IMG/VR virus record: IMGVR_UViG_3300031673_000339
Coordinates: 1-29,874 of that record
Length of the DNA stretch: 29,874 bases
Source of the DNA: a virus
Lineage: Duplodnaviria; Caudoviricetes
Reading direction: 5' to 3' (one strand)
The position numbers and the translations under genes are program-made. Position 1 is the stretch's first letter. Every line of letters begins with the position of its first letter. The notes beneath the pieces were generated by a model. That model did no database searches. It was not told where the DNA came from and saw only the letters and a program-made list of their open reading frames with translations. Of the stretch, positions 28,501-29,874 are shown piece by piece.

Positions 28501-29874
28501 GGCATAATCAGGTTGTTAGCTATGGGAAACCTTCACTAAAGCCCATAACAAAGGCAGACATCAATCTCAAACCACGCGAACTGGCTCCAACGTTTGCCAC
28601 TGAGCCACTACCTACACAGAGAACACCACTCACACAGCCGGAACGCATGACATGGACTAACCGAGACAGCATCCCTTCTGCTGGTCCTGCCCCTATTCGC
28701 TCGATCACTTCCGAAAATGTAGGGCAATTGCCAAGCGGACCTATTGAATCTACTATTACCTCACCAGCAGCACCGCAACAACTTACATCTTTCCCAGTGT
28801 CGCCAGAACTCAAGCAACTTTACCGTGACCATCGTTTTGAAACAGGGCAAGGACATTTTGCGAAGGCTCAAAAAATAGAGCAATCTATAAAAGAGCAAAT
28901 GCGAATTGATAGTTTGTCTTCCCCCGCGGCTAATGCCGGATCACCGGGGAAACAACTACCACCTGGGGCAGCGGCAGAAGTCAGACCAGGGATTAATCCT
29001 CCTAAAGTAGAAGAAACCGCTCCAAGACAAAAAGTAGGGCAAGAAGCAACGGACTATGTAAGAGAACAAAACCTCTTGGAGAACTCTGATAACTGGAAAG
29101 ACAAGAAACCACTTTCTCTCCAAACAGAAACCTGGGGTCGAAATATCATTGACATAGCCGGGAAGAAAGATGGAGAAAAGATAAAGGCCGCTATCTTCGA
29201 CCCTATCCATACAAATGAAGCTGATTTCATGCGGTACAAAAATACTGAACGACAGAAGATTAAATGGCTCAACCTTTCCAGTAAAGAGCGTTCGGTAGTT
29301 CAGCAAGTAGGGGAAGGAAAGTTAGACATAACTCATATTCCTGCTGGCATGAGTGCGGACAAGATCAGAACAGCAATCTCCACATTCAGAGAAATCTATG
29401 ATAATGCCATAAATATGGCGAATGAATCCTTGACTAGAAACGGTTATAAGCCAGTTGGAAAGCTAGAAAATTATTTCCCTCACTTCGAGGGAGATGATCC
29501 CCTAATGAAAGCATTGGGGATTAAAATCAATTTGGTTGATCTTCCCACGGACATCAATGGGTTATCACACACCTTCAGACCCGGTAAGAACTGGGTAGGT
29601 AACTTCCTCCATAGAACAGGTGATAAGACCACATTCGACGCAGTAGAAGGCTTTGACAGGTATATTGAGTCAGTTGGTAAGGTTATCTTCCACACGGACG
29701 ATGTACAACGTCTCAGGGCCTTTGAGCGCGAGATACGAATGAAGTATTCTCCTGAAGAAATTCAGGGGCAAGTGCAATCTCTAATAGACAACAAAACAAT
29801 ATCTAAGGATATCAAGGATGTTGCAATTGAGGATCTTCTTGGTAGGGATTCAACTCATTTAAGTAACTCAGTCA
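25566..29874 (+). CDS. Large polyvalent (ejection) protein, >1,436 aa, with three ART-PolyVal-like domains; runs off the right edge
   Basis: Absent from the ORF track because there is no stop. GGGGAGG RBS then MFDLTQQGGSS...; frame read manually as open to the end. Three domains with NPL/KPF/NPI, G[YH]DGI and EIV/QVV motifs, then a helical core with ENYFPH and LPTDINGLSHTFRPGK. Confidence 0.88.
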   Translation, partial: MFDLTQQGGSSKREKQSFNPYPEFSSSFSPGPRIDSLPRFMERQQPIPQPLPMSQDQWKAQQQQSAWDKIKAFDIKGLAAGPSTVRDTSGDAGPVPLPFPNSGVSKFLQRSSWNNNPANENLPKPDAPLPLLADLFGGVQQFSMGGKGGVGAVGQKVFDTGAKAIADVPSIIRAGRSLPAFSNALRVTASKVGSDLPFSGSSLSNTMLGMGAGGASITAADALVNNRDLTLEELAMSAGTNALIGGAFHLGGKGVELGSNKLADIKLDRKINKLITPVEVNPLADVQNAYRTPIALRDVQSQQINDAFADTTNNLGRIGPTLPRQGMTPAELLQQKQVNAQSVFGGPLKGYRVSSDTQDAIAEITAKMDNQVNDVTKTLRQMDSQTSVETVRSQIQKMGGIKQGNADIFEEQKVIPNWIRNNRTGQSLDKVADELGMTTDELLTTVNSEKFKPKNYDSEASKVLANDPEYQALSNTLDMLKEGLPPKRTLASFKSKRVGSKPQFETMPTVGTPPGNVPDIKPMVPQEITIPFRKNTEKAPKITNDKYAQSIEPKGDYINFHEPSFGTSLPNYEYGDITFKNPLVVEYGSTGHGGWKTKLSEQYGGKKGNALTNAIKKDGYDGIITIDKGKEVREIVNIGGVKSNMGDPISNQTEEGFLKALSPTVKITSNDEFIPRELSKSQPVEAQVYRGKSASDSGYSGVSRYGEGTYYSNSPQVADIFAKNRGEGSSVEKSTVRLEKPFINESLDATSQEYKNLYGLLKQEGLTEYHVNKILSGEDVAPFDAIAELFTKGDKAKMWAGSNKANELIKESGYDGIIGNNRNLPDMPNHIEIVKFDKVIASNINDAVTGAPISINAFHGSGGAKGQTYNGFDSPIVGEGKYYALDEQTAKSYGKKVTNETIKLDNPIVIKNDTEWNNVIREAKLEMDNPAYFENATDVKEWTEQLQSYVKGEGHDGIVLNFDKEGYNPGTDTLYNVFGHNQVVSYGKPSLKPITKADINLKPRELAPTFATEPLPTQRTPLTQPERMTWTNRDSIPSAGPAPIRSITSENVGQLPSGPIESTITSPAAPQQLTSFPVSPELKQLYRDHRFETGQGHFAKAQKIEQSIKEQMRIDSLSSPAANAGSPGKQLPPGAAAEVRPGINPPKVEETAPRQKVGQEATDYVREQNLLENSDNWKDKKPLSLQTETWGRNIIDIAGKKDGEKIKAAIFDPIHTNEADFMRYKNTERQKIKWLNLSSKERSVVQQVGEGKLDITHIPAGMSADKIRTAISTFREIYDNAINMANESLTRNGYKPVGKLENYFPHFEGDDPLMKALGIKINLVDLPTDINGLSHTFRPGKNWVGNFLHRTGDKTTFDAVEGFDRYIESVGKVIFHTDDVQRLRAFEREIRMKYSPEEIQGQVQSLIDNKTISKDIKDVAIEDLLGRDSTHLSNSV

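Larger units (their letters stand above)
1..29874. mobile_element. Temperate prophage (podovirus-like morphogenesis, serine integrase); extends beyond both window edges
   Basis: Canonical module order: integration, immunity, replication, late activator, packaging, head, short tail, ejection proteins. No host housekeeping genes in the window. Confidence 0.95.

Noticed and set aside
4295-29695. Numerous 60-135 aa minus-strand ORFs within the replication and structural genes
   Set aside because: All lie antisense to long, motif-supported genes and show no recognisable motifs.
25566-29874. Giant ORF as a tape measure protein
   Set aside because: No tail tube or chaperone genes precede it; it has globular enzyme-like domains and follows podovirus-type tail genes.

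Overview
Left ~30 kb of a temperate prophage from a low-GC Firmicute (strong GGAGG-type RBSs and sigma-A-like promoters; a Clostridia/Peptococcaceae-like host is my guess only). Order: large serine integrase (truncated at the left edge), ImmA-type metalloprotease with zinc ribbons, ImmR-type repressor, Cro-like gene, small early genes, primase-VapE helicase with an iteron origin, SF2 helicase, ArpU/RinA-type late activator, TerS/TerL, portal, scaffold, major capsid, adaptor, tail nozzle, tail fibre, three paralogous putative ejection proteins (one with an SLT muramidase), and a >1,436-aa polyvalent protein (truncated at the right edge, missing from the ORF track). No tail tube or tape measure gene is seen, so the virion is probably podovirus-like. 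Most notable: (1) three tandem, diverged ADP-ribosyltransferase (ART-PolyVal-like) domains in the giant protein; (2) three adjacent genes each carrying one copy of a CWB2-like module, two sharing a trunk with different C-termini; (3) a switch with face-to-face promoters bracketing cro plus four operator-like sites; (4) two predicted antisense RNAs, one covering the primase RBS; (5) a tyrosine-recombinase fragment in the head module and possible signs of decay. All family calls come from motif recognition by eye, not database searches.
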